From assembly GCA_943349945.1 (NCBI GenBank), contig CALQZS010000002.1:51278-115277 (forward strand): a stretch of DNA of 64,000 bases, read 5' to 3'. This document shows positions 19,649 through 28,965 of the stretch, in pieces. The notes under the pieces are model-generated. The model saw nothing but the letters and a program-made list of their open reading frames with translations. It made no database searches and was not told the DNA's origin. The position numbers were made by a program, and so were the translations under genes. The stretch's first letter is position 1; each line of letters opens with the position of its first letter. Origin of the DNA: Candidatus Nomurabacteria bacterium (lineage in GTDB: Bacteria > Patescibacteriota > Minisyncoccia > Phycocordibacterales > SBAW01).

Positions 19649-19650
19649 AT

Positions 19651-19998
19651 ATGAGACACGGTAACACCAACAGAAAATTCGGTCGAGAGACAAATGCGCG
19701 CGCAGCGCTTTTGAAGTCTCTTGCGCGCTCGTTGGTGTTGCGTGGTCGTATCAAAACCACAGAGGCAAAGGCAAAAGAAATTCGCCCATTGGTAGAGAAG
19801 ATGATTACGCGCGGCAAAAAGGACACTTTGGTGAGCCGCCGTATGCTCATTGCCGCGCTAGGAGACGCTGCAGCAGCGCAAAAAATGATCACCACCGCAC
19901 AGCAGTACCAAGAGCGAGCAGGTGGCTACTTGCGCATTACTAAAATGGGTCCGCGCAAAGGAGACGCAGCACCAATGGCCGTTATTGAGTTTGTATAA
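19651..19998 (+). CDS. rplQ: ribosomal protein L17
   Basis: Full-length L17 similarity. Confidence 0.95.
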   Translation: MRHGNTNRKFGRETNARAALLKSLARSLVLRGRIKTTEAKAKEIRPLVEKMITRGKKDTLVSRRMLIAALGDAAAAQKMITTAQQYQERAGGYLRITKMGPRKGDAAPMAVIEFV

Positions 19999-20002
19999 TT
20001 AT

Positions 20003-20344
20003 ATGATTACCATCGACGCAAAAGACAAGACACTAGGACGACTCGCCAGCGAGGTAGCAAAAGCGCTACTCGCCAAGCATTCGCCATCCTTTGCCAAGAA
20101 CATCGTCTCTGAAGAAGGGGTGACGGTAATTAACGCATCGCGCGTCGCTGTCTCTGGCGCAAAAGAGCGCGACAAAGAGTACGTTCGCTACTCGGGCTAC
20201 CCAGGCGGGCAAAAACTCGAGAGCTATGCTATGCTCGTTGCACGCAAGGGGGAAGAGGAGGCGATTCGTAAAGCAGTGCTTGGCATGCTCCCAAAAAACC
20301 GCTTGCAACAAAAGCGCATCAACCTGCTGACAATCGAGAAATAA
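20003..20344 (+). CDS. rplM: ribosomal protein L13
   Basis: L13 similarity from MITIDAKDKTLGRLAS. The ORF-track start at 19922 overlaps rplQ and was rejected. Confidence 0.9.
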   Translation: MITIDAKDKTLGRLASEVAKALLAKHSPSFAKNIVSEEGVTVINASRVAVSGAKERDKEYVRYSGYPGGQKLESYAMLVARKGEEEAIRKAVLGMLPKNRLQQKRINLLTIEK

Positions 20345-20347
20345 TAT

Positions 20348-20764
20348 ATGGCTACTGCAAAAACAAAAGAAGAGGGTCGCTACATCGAGGCTATTGGCCG
20401 TCGCAAGACTGCTATTGCGCGCGCACGCCTGACCCCGTCTGCTCGCACCTCTGTTTTGATAAACAACCAAGAGTTGGATACCTACTTTGATACCGAAGGT
20501 TTGCGCATTACTGCCTTGGAGCCATTTTTGAAAGTGTCTTTGCCTACACAATTTACCATCACGGTGATGGTGCACGGCGGCGGCATCGCAGGACAAGCAG
20601 TGGCTATGCGCCACGCAATCTCGCGCGCGCTTATCGAGTACGACAAAGAGCTCCGCACAGCTCTTAAGAAAGAAGGATTCCTCAAGCGCGACCCACGAGC
20701 CAAAGAGCGCAAGAAGCCAGGCCTCGTCAAAGCCCGCAAGCGCAAGCAATGGAGTAAGCGTTAA
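20348..20764 (+). CDS. rpsI: ribosomal protein S9
   Basis: Full-length S9 similarity. Confidence 0.95.
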   Translation: MATAKTKEEGRYIEAIGRRKTAIARARLTPSARTSVLINNQELDTYFDTEGLRITALEPFLKVSLPTQFTITVMVHGGGIAGQAVAMRHAISRALIEYDKELRTALKKEGFLKRDPRAKERKKPGLVKARKRKQWSKR

Positions 20765-20768
20765 TCAA

Positions 20769-20805
20769 AAAAACAAGCCCTTATGCGGGGCTTGTTTTTT
20801 TATAA
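20769..20805 (+). terminator. strong rho-independent terminator ending the ribosomal operon
   Basis: aaaaacaagccc / gggcttgttttt stem followed by TTTTTTT. Confidence 0.85.
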
Positions 20806-20849
20806 CAACCGCCGTACTCTACCACCACGCACCATACAAGGAGGGCGCA

Positions 20850-21401
20850 ATGTTCACTATCGCACAAGAAAAGCTGCCTACCGCCCAGTACTTAAAAACC
20901 GAGTTCTTCTTTATTATGAGTAACTACGGTTACTCGTCCCCAACCGCCAAAACCTCCGGCTTGATCGTGGAAGATCCACTTATTCAAGACGGAAAGATTA
21001 TGAAACACCACAAACGGTTCGGGGACTTCCTTCTGGTATTTACTGACCGCTGGTGGAACGGTGGCGGCCAAAGCACATTCCATCTCCAAAACATTGTTGG
21101 ACAACAGATCCTGCTATGGAGTATGACTTACTCAGGCAGCTACAACAAAATCGCCATCCCCACACTAATGGGCGCGTTGCGCACCACATACAATGCGAGA
21201 GAGTTTTGTGGTGGCAGGGGACCAAATATGTACCCATCTGACGACAAAACAATGACCTACTTCAACACCTACGATGGAGATTTCTCGCACTTTTCAGCGA
21301 ACGAGAAAATATTGGGCAAGGTGGGTGAAGAACAACGCTTACTTGGTGGACACTATTGTTGGGGAGGCCTCCATACGCTGACAGTATCACAAAAATATTG
21401 A
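20850..21401 (+). CDS. orphan hypothetical protein in its own transcription unit
   Basis: A 183-aa ORF (alternative start at MSNYGY, 20916) bounded by terminators on both sides. No recognisable family. W/G/Y-rich. Confidence 0.5.
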   Translation: MFTIAQEKLPTAQYLKTEFFFIMSNYGYSSPTAKTSGLIVEDPLIQDGKIMKHHKRFGDFLLVFTDRWWNGGGQSTFHLQNIVGQQILLWSMTYSGSYNKIAIPTLMGALRTTYNAREFCGGRGPNMYPSDDKTMTYFNTYDGDFSHFSANEKILGKVGEEQRLLGGHYCWGGLHTLTVSQKY

Positions 21402-21422
21402 TACACAAATACTGCTCATTCA

Positions 21423-21456
21423 AGCGCCCTGTCATTTGACGAGGCGCTATTTTTTA
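21423..21456 (+). terminator. rho-independent terminator after the orphan gene
   Basis: agcgccctgtca ttt gacgaggcgct hairpin followed by ATTTTTTAT. Confidence 0.7.
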
Positions 21457-21489
21457 TCTATACAGCAATGAAATGAGTCTTATTCATGC

Positions 21490-21507
21490 GGTTTGATATA
21501 TCAAACC
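21490..21507. promoter_or_regulatory. 18-bp perfect palindrome GGTTTGATATATCAAACC (operator-like, copy 1)
   Basis: A perfect inverted repeat whose core is identical to the 28-bp palindrome at 22021-22048. It lies just downstream of the TrpR-like regulator gene. Confidence 0.6.
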
Positions 21508-21582
21508 ATTCCATAGACTGAATAGAAAAATAAAGAGTAATGCAGCAGGAATTACACTGACAACAAGGGCGGCCTTGGTGGT

Positions 21583-22005
21583 TTATTTTTTCTTATTGCG
21601 GGGGAGGGGAAAGAGGAGGAAGTGGGCGGGATATTTTTGTTTAAGTCGAAAGAGGGCAGAGGTGGCGTACTGTTTTTTAAACTCGCGTTTGTCTAGCTCT
21701 TTTTCGAGCTCTGCAACAGCGCTCTCAAACCCAGGGAACTGGTCACATAACCATATCTGAACCCTGCATATCGTATCTCGCCCAACACGCAACTCTTCTT
21801 CTATAGCACGGTACGTGTGGCCTTGGATAAGCATGCGGGCAATAATAATGCGCCGCCCAAGCATCACGCGTTCGCTTTCTGTGAGCAAGTCCCGCAGAAA
21901 CAGCTTCATGGCGTCGCGTCCACGCACAGCACCCGCCGCGGTGTAGAGCATGTCCAACACTTCTATACGCTGTTTGTCGGTGAGGGCTCGCAAACGGACT
22001 TTCAT
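21583..22005 (-). CDS. TrpR/YerC/YecD-like helix-turn-helix regulator
   Basis: Its length (140 aa) and motif (TESERVMLGRRIIIARMLIQGHTYRAIEEELRVGRDTICRV) match the Trp-repressor-like YerC/YecD family. Confidence 0.7.
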   Translation of the reverse strand: MKVRLRALTDKQRIEVLDMLYTAAGAVRGRDAMKLFLRDLLTESERVMLGRRIIIARMLIQGHTYRAIEEELRVGRDTICRVQIWLCDQFPGFESAVAELEKELDKREFKKQYATSALFRLKQKYPAHFLLFPLPRNKKK

Positions 22006-22020
22006 ACCCTCTAGTGTGCC

Positions 22021-22048
22021 ATAGTGGTTTGATATATCAAACCACTAT
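22021..22048. promoter_or_regulatory. 28-bp perfect palindrome ATAGTGGTTTGATATATCAAACCACTAT (operator-like, copy 2) between the regulator gene and grpE
   Basis: A perfect inverted repeat lying 3 bp upstream of a TTGACA (22051-56)-N16-TATACT (22073-78) promoter that faces grpE-dnaK. Confidence 0.65.
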
Positions 22049-22050
22049 TG

Positions 22051-22078
22051 TTGACAGCAACAAAAAATTGTCTATACT
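22051..22078 (+). promoter_or_regulatory. sigma-70-like promoter for grpE-dnaK (TTGACA-N16-TATACT)
   Basis: Consensus -35 and near-consensus -10 elements. The -10 lies 9 nt before the grpE ATG, so the leader is very short or absent. Confidence 0.55.
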
Positions 22079-22087
22079 GTGGTACAT

Positions 22088-22603
22088 ATGGATGGTGCAG
22101 AAGAAGAGGAATTTGTGCCAGAAGACGAAGCAGAAGAGGGTCCAGGGCTTATTAAAAAACTTCGCGAAAAATTAAAGAAGGCCGTCGAAGAAAAGCAGGA
22201 GTACCTGGAAGGATGGCAGCGCTCTCGGGCAGACTTTGCCAACTACAAACGAGAAGAAGTGGGGCTCTACGCCGACCGCGAAGCGCGCATCAAAGCAGAC
22301 TTTGTAGAAGCGCTGTTACCAACACTTGATTCGTTTGAGATGGCTCTACGGCACGCTCCGGACAATGCTGAGTTGGCACTGGTACACAAACAACTTGCCC
22401 AATCTCTGCAGCAAATAGGCGTAACGCAGTTTGGACGCTCAGGAGAACCCTTTAACCCGCACCTCCACGAAGCCCTACAGGAAATACCCATAGGCGATAG
22501 CGCGCAAGACCACACCATTGAAAGCGTACATCGAGCAGGGTACAGTATTGGCGACAAAATTATCCGCCCCGCACAAGTCGCCGTATACACACTTACAAAG
22601 TAA
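22088..22603 (+). CDS. grpE: nucleotide exchange factor GrpE
   Basis: GrpE signature (RSRADFANYKREE...) and a coiled-coil N-terminus. Confidence 0.9.
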   Translation: MDGAEEEEFVPEDEAEEGPGLIKKLREKLKKAVEEKQEYLEGWQRSRADFANYKREEVGLYADREARIKADFVEALLPTLDSFEMALRHAPDNAELALVHKQLAQSLQQIGVTQFGRSGEPFNPHLHEALQEIPIGDSAQDHTIESVHRAGYSIGDKIIRPAQVAVYTLTK

Positions 22604-22626
22604 TTAGCTACTAATAAAAAAATACT

Positions 22627-24528
22627 ATGGGAAAAATTTTAGGCATTGACCTTGGTACTACAAACTCTGCAGTCGCAGTTATGCGCGGCGGCGAGGCACA
22701 GATAATCGAAAACGCAGAAGGTGCACGCACCACACCGTCGATTGTTGCAACCTCCAAAACAGGGGAGCGCTTGGCCGGGCTTATTGCACGCCGCCAAGCC
22801 GTCACTAACCCAAAAAATACCGTATACCAAATCAAGCGTTTTATCGGCCACAACTTTGACGAACCTGCAGTACAAAAAGATAAAGCCGTGCTGCCTTACG
22901 AGATGCGCAAATCAGCAAACGGCGGCATCGAGGTGCAGATGGGGGAGCAGTGGTACCGCCCCGAGGAAATCTCGGCAATGATCTTGCAAAAACTAAAGAC
23001 CGACGCAGAAAAACGCTTGGGAGAGCCTATTACCGAAGCGGTAATAACCGTGCCTGCATACTTTAACGACGCGCAACGCGCGGCTACTCGCGACGCGGGT
23101 AAAATTGCAGGACTCGACGTAAAGCGCATCATCAACGAGCCAACCGCAGCAGCACTTGCCTACGGCTTTAACAAAAAGAAAGACGAAAAGGTAGTGGTCT
23201 TTGACTTCGGCGGCGGCACCTTCGACATCTCCGTACTTGAGGTAACCATGGGCACCGAGGGCGAGGGCTCTATTGAAGTGCGCTCCACAGACGGCGACGC
23301 ACACCTGGGTGGCAAAGACCTCGACCAAAAAATTATCGACTTTTTGGCAACCGAATTTCAAAAAGAAAGCGGTATAGACGTGCGCAACGACCCTCTGGCA
23401 CGTCAGCGTTTGGACGAAGCAGCAGAGAAAGCAAAAATCGAACTCTCGACAGCCGTCGACACCGAGGTAAATATCCCGTTCATCACCTCGGACGCATCAG
23501 GCCCGCGCCACTTGCTTATTAAACTGAGCCGCGCAAAGCTCGAAGAGCTTTCGGCCGAATTTATCCAGCGCGCACTCGACATAACAAAACGTGCCATGGA
23601 AGCGTCGCCCTTTAAAGTAGGGGATATCCACGAAGTCATTTTGGTGGGCGGCCAAACCCGCATGCCCGCAATGCAGGCTGCGGTAGAAAAATACTTTGGC
23701 AAAAAGCCAAACATGTCGGTTAACCCAGACGAAGTAGTGGCCATTGGTGCAGCCATCCAAGGTGGAATCCTCGGCGGCGACGTCAAAGACGTATTGTTGC
23801 TCGACGTTATCCCGCTATCCCTCGGTATCGAGACTATGGGCGGCGTTGCAACCAAACTTATCGAGCGCAACACCACCATCCCCACAAGCCGCTCGCAAGT
23901 ATTCTCCACGGCGGCAGACAATCAAACATCTGTAGAAATTCACATCACCCAAGGCGAGCGCGCCATGGCAGGAGACAACAAGTCGCTGGGCCGCTTTGTA
24001 CTCGACGGCATCCCACCCGCACCACGCGGACTGCCACAAGTAGAGGTAACCTTTGACGTAGACGCGAACGGCATACTCGCGGTGAAAGCAAAAGACAAAG
24101 CAACCAACAAAGAGCAGTCTATACGTATCGAAGCGTCGTCTGGACTCTCGGACGCGGACATTGAAAAGATGCGCAAAGACGCAGAGGCAAACGCCGACAG
24201 CGACAAAGCCAAGGTAGAGCTTGCAAGCGCGCGCAACGAAGCCGAGCAGACTGTGTACGCAGCGCGCAAAGCACTCGCAGACAACAAAGACAAAGTGCCT
24301 GCCGAACTTGAGACTACGATTAACGAAAAAATTGCAGCGGTAGAATCTAAAAAGACTTCCGAGGATGCTGCAGAGATAAAAACCGCGCTGACAGAACTCT
24401 CGAGCGAACTATCTAAGGTGTACGAAGCGGTACAGAAAGCAGGGGGCGAACAAAAAGAGGCCCCGCAGCAAGATACTACGGGGACCAACGAGACCGGTAC
24501 AGAGACTCCACCCGAGGAGCAGAAGTAG
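22627..24528 (+). CDS. dnaK: chaperone DnaK (Hsp70)
   Basis: [12 protein letters not shown] and full-length Hsp70 similarity. Confidence 0.97.
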   Translation: MGKILGIDLGTTNSAVAVMRGGEAQIIENAEGARTTPSIVATSKTGERLAGLIARRQAVTNPKNTVYQIKRFIGHNFDEPAVQKDKAVLPYEMRKSANGGIEVQMGEQWYRPEEISAMILQKLKTDAEKRLGEPITEAVITVPAYFNDAQRAATRDAGKIAGLDVKRIINEPTAAALAYGFNKKKDEKVVVFDFGGGTFDISVLEVTMGTEGEGSIEVRSTDGDAHLGGKDLDQKIIDFLATEFQKESGIDVRNDPLARQRLDEAAEKAKIELSTAVDTEVNIPFITSDASGPRHLLIKLSRAKLEELSAEFIQRALDITKRAMEASPFKVGDIHEVILVGGQTRMPAMQAAVEKYFGKKPNMSVNPDEVVAIGAAIQGGILGGDVKDVLLLDVIPLSLGIETMGGVATKLIERNTTIPTSRSQVFSTAADNQTSVEIHITQGERAMAGDNKSLGRFVLDGIPPAPRGLPQVEVTFDVDANGILAVKAKDKATNKEQSIRIEASSGLSDADIEKMRKDAEANADSDKAKVELASARNEAEQTVYAARKALADNKDKVPAELETTINEKIAAVESKKTSEDAAEIKTALTELSSELSKVYEAVQKAGGEQKEAPQQDTTGTNETGTETPPEEQK

Positions 24529-24536
24529 GAGCGAAC

Positions 24537-24656
24537 CTATATCTGATCTTCTTGCATCGTTTCGTCTGAGGCGACGAAGAAAAACCAAACCAGGACTCCC
24601 GCTGGGACTCCGACCAATCCTACAATTGCGAGGGCAACTTGCATGTTCATCTCCAT
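24537..24656 (-). CDS. possible small hydrophobic peptide (35-39 aa)
   Basis: Translates to MEMNMQVALAIVGLVGVPAGVLVWFFFVASDETMQEDQI. A GGAG lies 7 nt before the third ATG. It is not in the ORF track because it is under 60 aa. Confidence 0.3.
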   Translation of the reverse strand: MEMNMQVALAIVGLVGVPAGVLVWFFFVASDETMQEDQI

Positions 24657-24725
24657 TCGATTGACCGCACTGTGCGATTCTGGCAACACAATACCACAAA
24701 ATCATGCGTGATATAGTTACACCTT

Positions 24726-26501
24726 ATGAATAAAACATTTGGCATATGGGTGGTGCTTAAAACCTATTGGCACTACCTTAAACGCTACCCATGGCTTTTG
24801 ACCATCATTTTGGGGAGCAGCTTATTGTTGCAAGTCACCAATCTTGTCGCGCCGCTCTACATGCGCGACCTCTTTAACCTGCTTGCCTCGGGAGACCCGC
24901 ACACCGTCGCCATGGGCACACTGCTGTCTCTGTTGGGCGTACTCTCGACCATATGGATGCTCGACTGGGTCGCAACGCGCGGACAAGGCTTCACCACAGC
25001 ACACATGGAAGCCAAAATAATGACCGAGCTTCAGACAGATGCCTTTCGCTATCTTCTTGGCCACTCGTACAATTTCTTTACTTCCAATTTTGCCGGGTCG
25101 CTTACACACAAAGTAAAGCAATATGCACGGGCGTTCGAAGTGCTGTTTGACGGCATTACCTTTCAATTTTTACCGACACTTTTGTTTGTGGTGGGTGCGG
25201 TAACTATTTTGTTTTTGCGGCACCCAGTACTTGGAGTACTCCTTGGCGTATGGTCGGTGGCATTTATTGCCTTCCAGATATGGATAGCGAAAACGCGACA
25301 ACCTATACGCGTTGAGCGCGCCGAGATGGACACCAAGGTAACGGGTTCACTTGCAGACGCTATTTCCAACCAATCGGCTATTGCGCTATTTGCAGGAAGC
25401 AAGCACGAACTTGGCCTCTTTGGCGAGACTATTGGCCTTTGGCAGCGTGCCACGTCGCGACTATGGAAGATGGAAGACTGGACATGGGCGGGTATTGGAC
25501 TTTTTATGATTATCATACAGGCGGCCTTGTTGTACGCAGCGATGGTGTTTTGGAAGGCAGGGATGCTCACAGTCGGGGACTTTATCCTGATACAAGCGTA
25601 CCTTCTGACAACCTTTAACCGACTCATCGGCGTCAACCGCGACTTGCGTGGATTCTACGGAGCAATAGCCGACGCGAGCGAGACTATCGAGATATTGCGC
25701 ACCCCGCACGAGATTACAGACAAACCAAAAGCAAAAAAACTCGCCGTCACCGTGGGAGAAGTGGCATTTAAAGACGTATCATTTCTCTTCCTCAATAAGC
25801 AGATTTTTAAAGATCTGTCTTTCACTATCTTGGGCGGACAAAAAGTCGCACTGGTGGGGCCGTCGGGCGCAGGCAAGTCCACCATCACTAAACTCCTGCT
25901 GCGCTTGTTTGACGTAAAGAGTGGCACTGTAGAAATTGATGGACAAAACATTGCCAAAGTAACACAAGACAGTTTGCGCGAATCTATTGCGTTTGTGCCG
26001 CAAGAGCCGGTGCTCTTTCATCGCAGCCTGATGGACAACATCCGCTACGGGCGGCGTGACGCCACAGATGAAGAGGTTATTGCGGCGGCTAAAAAAGCAC
26101 ACTGCCACGAATTTATCCAAGGCCTAAGCGAAGGCTACAACACCTTTGTGGGCGAGCGCGGTATCAAACTCTCCGGCGGCGAAAGGCAGCGTGTGGCAAT
26201 TGCCCGCGCCATACTCAAAAACTCACCCATATTGGTGCTCGACGAAGCAACCTCGAGCCTCGACTCGGAGTCTGAGTCGCTTATTCAAGACGCGCTCGAG
26301 ACGCTGATGCAGGGCAAAACCGTTATCGTCATAGCGCACCGCCTCTCGACCATTATGAAGATGGATAGAATTGTGGTGCTCGAAGACGGCAAAATAGTCG
26401 CCGACGGTACACATGACGAATTGCTTAAAGAAGAAGGCTTGTATCACAAACTATGGAGCATCCAAGCAGGCGGTTTCATCATAGACGATGAAAAAGAGTA
26501 G
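24726..26501 (+). CDS. ABC exporter, fused permease/ATPase (MsbA/multidrug-type)
   Basis: A six-TM N-terminal domain, Walker A (GPSGAGKST), ABC signature (LSGGERQRVAIARA) and Walker B (ILVLDEATS). Confidence 0.9.
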   Translation: MNKTFGIWVVLKTYWHYLKRYPWLLTIILGSSLLLQVTNLVAPLYMRDLFNLLASGDPHTVAMGTLLSLLGVLSTIWMLDWVATRGQGFTTAHMEAKIMTELQTDAFRYLLGHSYNFFTSNFAGSLTHKVKQYARAFEVLFDGITFQFLPTLLFVVGAVTILFLRHPVLGVLLGVWSVAFIAFQIWIAKTRQPIRVERAEMDTKVTGSLADAISNQSAIALFAGSKHELGLFGETIGLWQRATSRLWKMEDWTWAGIGLFMIIIQAALLYAAMVFWKAGMLTVGDFILIQAYLLTTFNRLIGVNRDLRGFYGAIADASETIEILRTPHEITDKPKAKKLAVTVGEVAFKDVSFLFLNKQIFKDLSFTILGGQKVALVGPSGAGKSTITKLLLRLFDVKSGTVEIDGQNIAKVTQDSLRESIAFVPQEPVLFHRSLMDNIRYGRRDATDEEVIAAAKKAHCHEFIQGLSEGYNTFVGERGIKLSGGERQRVAIARAILKNSPILVLDEATSSLDSESESLIQDALETLMQGKTVIVIAHRLSTIMKMDRIVVLEDGKIVADGTHDELLKEEGLYHKLWSIQAGGFIIDDEKE

Positions 26502-26541
26502 GTTGCATTAGCGAGTTTTTTTAGTAGAATATGTACATATT

Positions 26542-27612
26542 ATGTCTACTAAACGCGATTACTATGAAGTATTGGGGATACAAAAAAGCGCCTCGAAAGA
26601 GGAGGTAAAGAAAGCGTTCCATAAATTGGCGCACAAATTCCACCCAGACAAAAGCACTGGCGACGCCGACAAATTTAAAGAAGTAAGCGAGGCATATAGC
26701 GTACTGTCCGACGATAAAAAGCGCGCCGAGTACGACTCGTACGGCCGTGTGTTTAGCGACGGAGCGGGTCCAGGAGCAGGCGGCTTTAATGGGGGAGGTT
26801 TTGACTTCTCGCAGTTTCAAGATGCGTTCCAAGGATTTGGATTTGATTTTGGCGACTTCTTTGGCGGCCAAGGCGGAAGCCGAGGTGGACGACGCGGCCG
26901 CGATGTATCTATTGACTTGGAGATCAACTTTAAAGAATCGATATTTGGTACCAAGCGCACCGTGCTGTTGGCAAAAATAGCACAGTGCGAAACATGCCAC
27001 GGCTCGGGCGGCGAGCCCGGGACAGAGATAGAGACCTGTAAACACTGCAACGGCTCGGGTAAAGTGCACGAGACCAGCAACTCGTTTTTTGGCCAAATCA
27101 CCATGCAGAGCCCTTGCCGCCATTGCCACGCTACAGGTAAAGTACCAAAAGAAAAGTGCCACACCTGCCGTGGCGAAGGCGTATACCGCAAACAAGAAGA
27201 AATCGAAATTATCGTACCCGCAGGTATTGAAGGGGGCGAGATGATCCGCCTTACAGGTGCAGGCGAAGCAGTCGCAGGCGGCAGTTCGGGCGACTTGTAC
27301 GTCAAAGTACACGTGCAGCCTGATGCGCGCTTTAAAAAAGACGGTGTCAATTTGGTCACCGACCTTTCGGTCAAACTCTCGGATGCACTCCTCGGCGCAC
27401 CATACCAAGTTACGACACTAGACGGCGAGCAGTCGCTCGACATCCCCATGGGGGTAACCCACGGCGAGATGATCCGCATCCCGGGCAAGGGCGTGCCAAC
27501 CCCGCGCGGCAAACGCGGCGACCTTTTTGTGCGCGTCAAAATAAACCTGCCACAAAAACTCTCGCGTGAGGCGAAGAAGCTTATAGAGAAACTTAAAGAA
27601 GAGGGGATATAA
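26542..27612 (+). CDS. dnaJ: chaperone DnaJ
   Basis: A J-domain with HPD, a G/F-rich region and four CxxCxGxG zinc-finger repeats. Confidence 0.95.
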   Translation: MSTKRDYYEVLGIQKSASKEEVKKAFHKLAHKFHPDKSTGDADKFKEVSEAYSVLSDDKKRAEYDSYGRVFSDGAGPGAGGFNGGGFDFSQFQDAFQGFGFDFGDFFGGQGGSRGGRRGRDVSIDLEINFKESIFGTKRTVLLAKIAQCETCHGSGGEPGTEIETCKHCNGSGKVHETSNSFFGQITMQSPCRHCHATGKVPKEKCHTCRGEGVYRKQEEIEIIVPAGIEGGEMIRLTGAGEAVAGGSSGDLYVKVHVQPDARFKKDGVNLVTDLSVKLSDALLGAPYQVTTLDGEQSLDIPMGVTHGEMIRIPGKGVPTPRGKRGDLFVRVKINLPQKLSREAKKLIEKLKEEGI

Positions 27613-27613
27613 G

Positions 27614-27642
27614 ACGAAAAAAGCAAATTGATTTGCTTTTTG
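27614..27642 (+). terminator. terminator after dnaJ
   Basis: aagcaaat tg atttgctt hairpin flanked by A and T runs. The stem is AT-rich. Confidence 0.55.
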
Positions 27643-27751
27643 ACATACCTATATCGGCCGGAGACATGTTTTACCAAAAGGCAAAACAGTCGAGGCGGGG
27701 TCGCGGAAATTCCGAAGCGACGGCAAGGAATTATCTGTGACTATAAGGATT

Positions 27752-27787
27752 ATAAAAAATAACCGCTCCCCTGAGAATGGGAGCGGT
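27752..27787 (-). terminator. rho-independent terminator for a minus-strand transcript
   Basis: accgctccc ctgagaat gggagcggt hairpin. On the minus strand it is followed by TATTTTTTAT. Confidence 0.65.
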
Positions 27788-27806
27788 GCATATTAAAGAG
27801 TCGGAC

Positions 27807-27899
27807 TTATTTGAAGGCCAACCCGAGAGCAACACCCCCTAGAGCCAAGAAGCCCAAGATGGCGCAGTAGAGAAAGGTAGGGACGATTTTCCAAAACAT
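27807..27899 (-). CDS. possible small membrane peptide (30 aa)
   Basis: Translates to MFWKIVPTFLYCAILGFLALGGVALGLAFK. GGAGG lies 7 nt before the ATG and the minus-strand terminator lies downstream. Confidence 0.35.
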   Translation of the reverse strand: MFWKIVPTFLYCAILGFLALGGVALGLAFK

Positions 27900-28006
27900 C
27901 GTAGAGCCTCCATACACCTAACTTAATTGTATCACAAAACACTGGGTAAGTCAAATGTGTCTATGGGTAAAGCGGCTGGAGGATTTATCTGCTATATTGA
28001 GCGAAT

Positions 28007-28960
28007 ATGGCAGAGGCACAAAAACGTATTTTTACAGGGCTCCAACCCAGCGGGCAGATGCACCTGGGCAACTACTTTGGCGCTATTAAGCCAAACGTAG
28101 ATTTGTTTGCCGAAAGCAAAGGCCTTTTTATGGTAGCCGACTATCACGCACTCACCAGCCTTAAAGACCCTGCAGCCATCCGCACAAACATTATTGAAAA
28201 TGTTAAGGACTACATGGCAGCAGGGCTCAACACCGACAACGCGATACTCTTTAAACAATCTGACGTATCCGAGCATACCGAGCTGGCGTGGATATTTGAC
28301 TGCCTCGTAACCGTGCCGTTTTTGATGCAGGGCCATGCCTACAAAGACAAAGTGGCCAAAGGACTCGAACCAAACGCCGGACTCTTTACCTACCCGATGC
28401 TTATGGCGGCAGACATTTTGCTGTACGACACCGACATAGTGCCCGTGGGCGAAGACCAGCGCCAGCATGTGGAATATGCACGCGAAGCAGCGGCCAAATT
28501 TAACACAGCCTTTGGCCAGACGTTTAAAGAGCCTACAGAGGTCATTAGCAAAGCGGTGGGCGTGGTGCCTGGCACTGACGGCAAGAAGATGAGCAAGAGC
28601 TACGGCAACACCATCCCACTCTTTGGCAGCAAAGACGAAATTACAAAAGCAGTGATGAGCATTGTTACAGACTCCAGCGGCGAGCGGCCAGAAAATGTGT
28701 ACGCAATACACAAACTATTGCTCGACCAAAGCGGATTGGACAAGGTATATAGCAACCCTGCAATTAAAGGTAAGTACAAACTTATTAAAGAAGCTTTGAT
28801 AGAAGACTTGGAGGCGTTTATTGCCCCAATGCGCGACAGACGCGCAAACATTAGCGACGATGATGTTAAAAAGGTTTTGAAAGACGGGGGAGAAAAAGCA
28901 AAAGAAATAGCAGCAGCAAAGATGGCAGAGGTACGACAGAAAGTAGGAGTAACACTATAA
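28007..28960 (+). CDS. trpS: tryptophanyl-tRNA synthetase
   Basis: Class I HIGH-like region (GLQPSGQMHLGNY) and KMSKS. Confidence 0.92.
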   Translation: MAEAQKRIFTGLQPSGQMHLGNYFGAIKPNVDLFAESKGLFMVADYHALTSLKDPAAIRTNIIENVKDYMAAGLNTDNAILFKQSDVSEHTELAWIFDCLVTVPFLMQGHAYKDKVAKGLEPNAGLFTYPMLMAADILLYDTDIVPVGEDQRQHVEYAREAAAKFNTAFGQTFKEPTEVISKAVGVVPGTDGKKMSKSYGNTIPLFGSKDEITKAVMSIVTDSSGERPENVYAIHKLLLDQSGLDKVYSNPAIKGKYKLIKEALIEDLEAFIAPMRDRRANISDDDVKKVLKDGGEKAKEIAAAKMAEVRQKVGVTL

Positions 28961-28965
28961 AATTT

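Noticed and set aside
19922-20002. Upstream start for rplM that overlaps rplQ by 77 nt
   Set aside because: L13 homology begins at MITIDAKDK (ATG 20003), and the upstream residues (MATCALLKWVRAKETQHQW) are not L13-like.
24409-24705. 98-aa minus-strand ORF overlapping the dnaK 3' end
   Set aside because: Poly-Leu/Arg low-complexity translation that overlaps the highly conserved dnaK. The alternative-frame small hydrophobic peptide (24537..24656) is more plausible.
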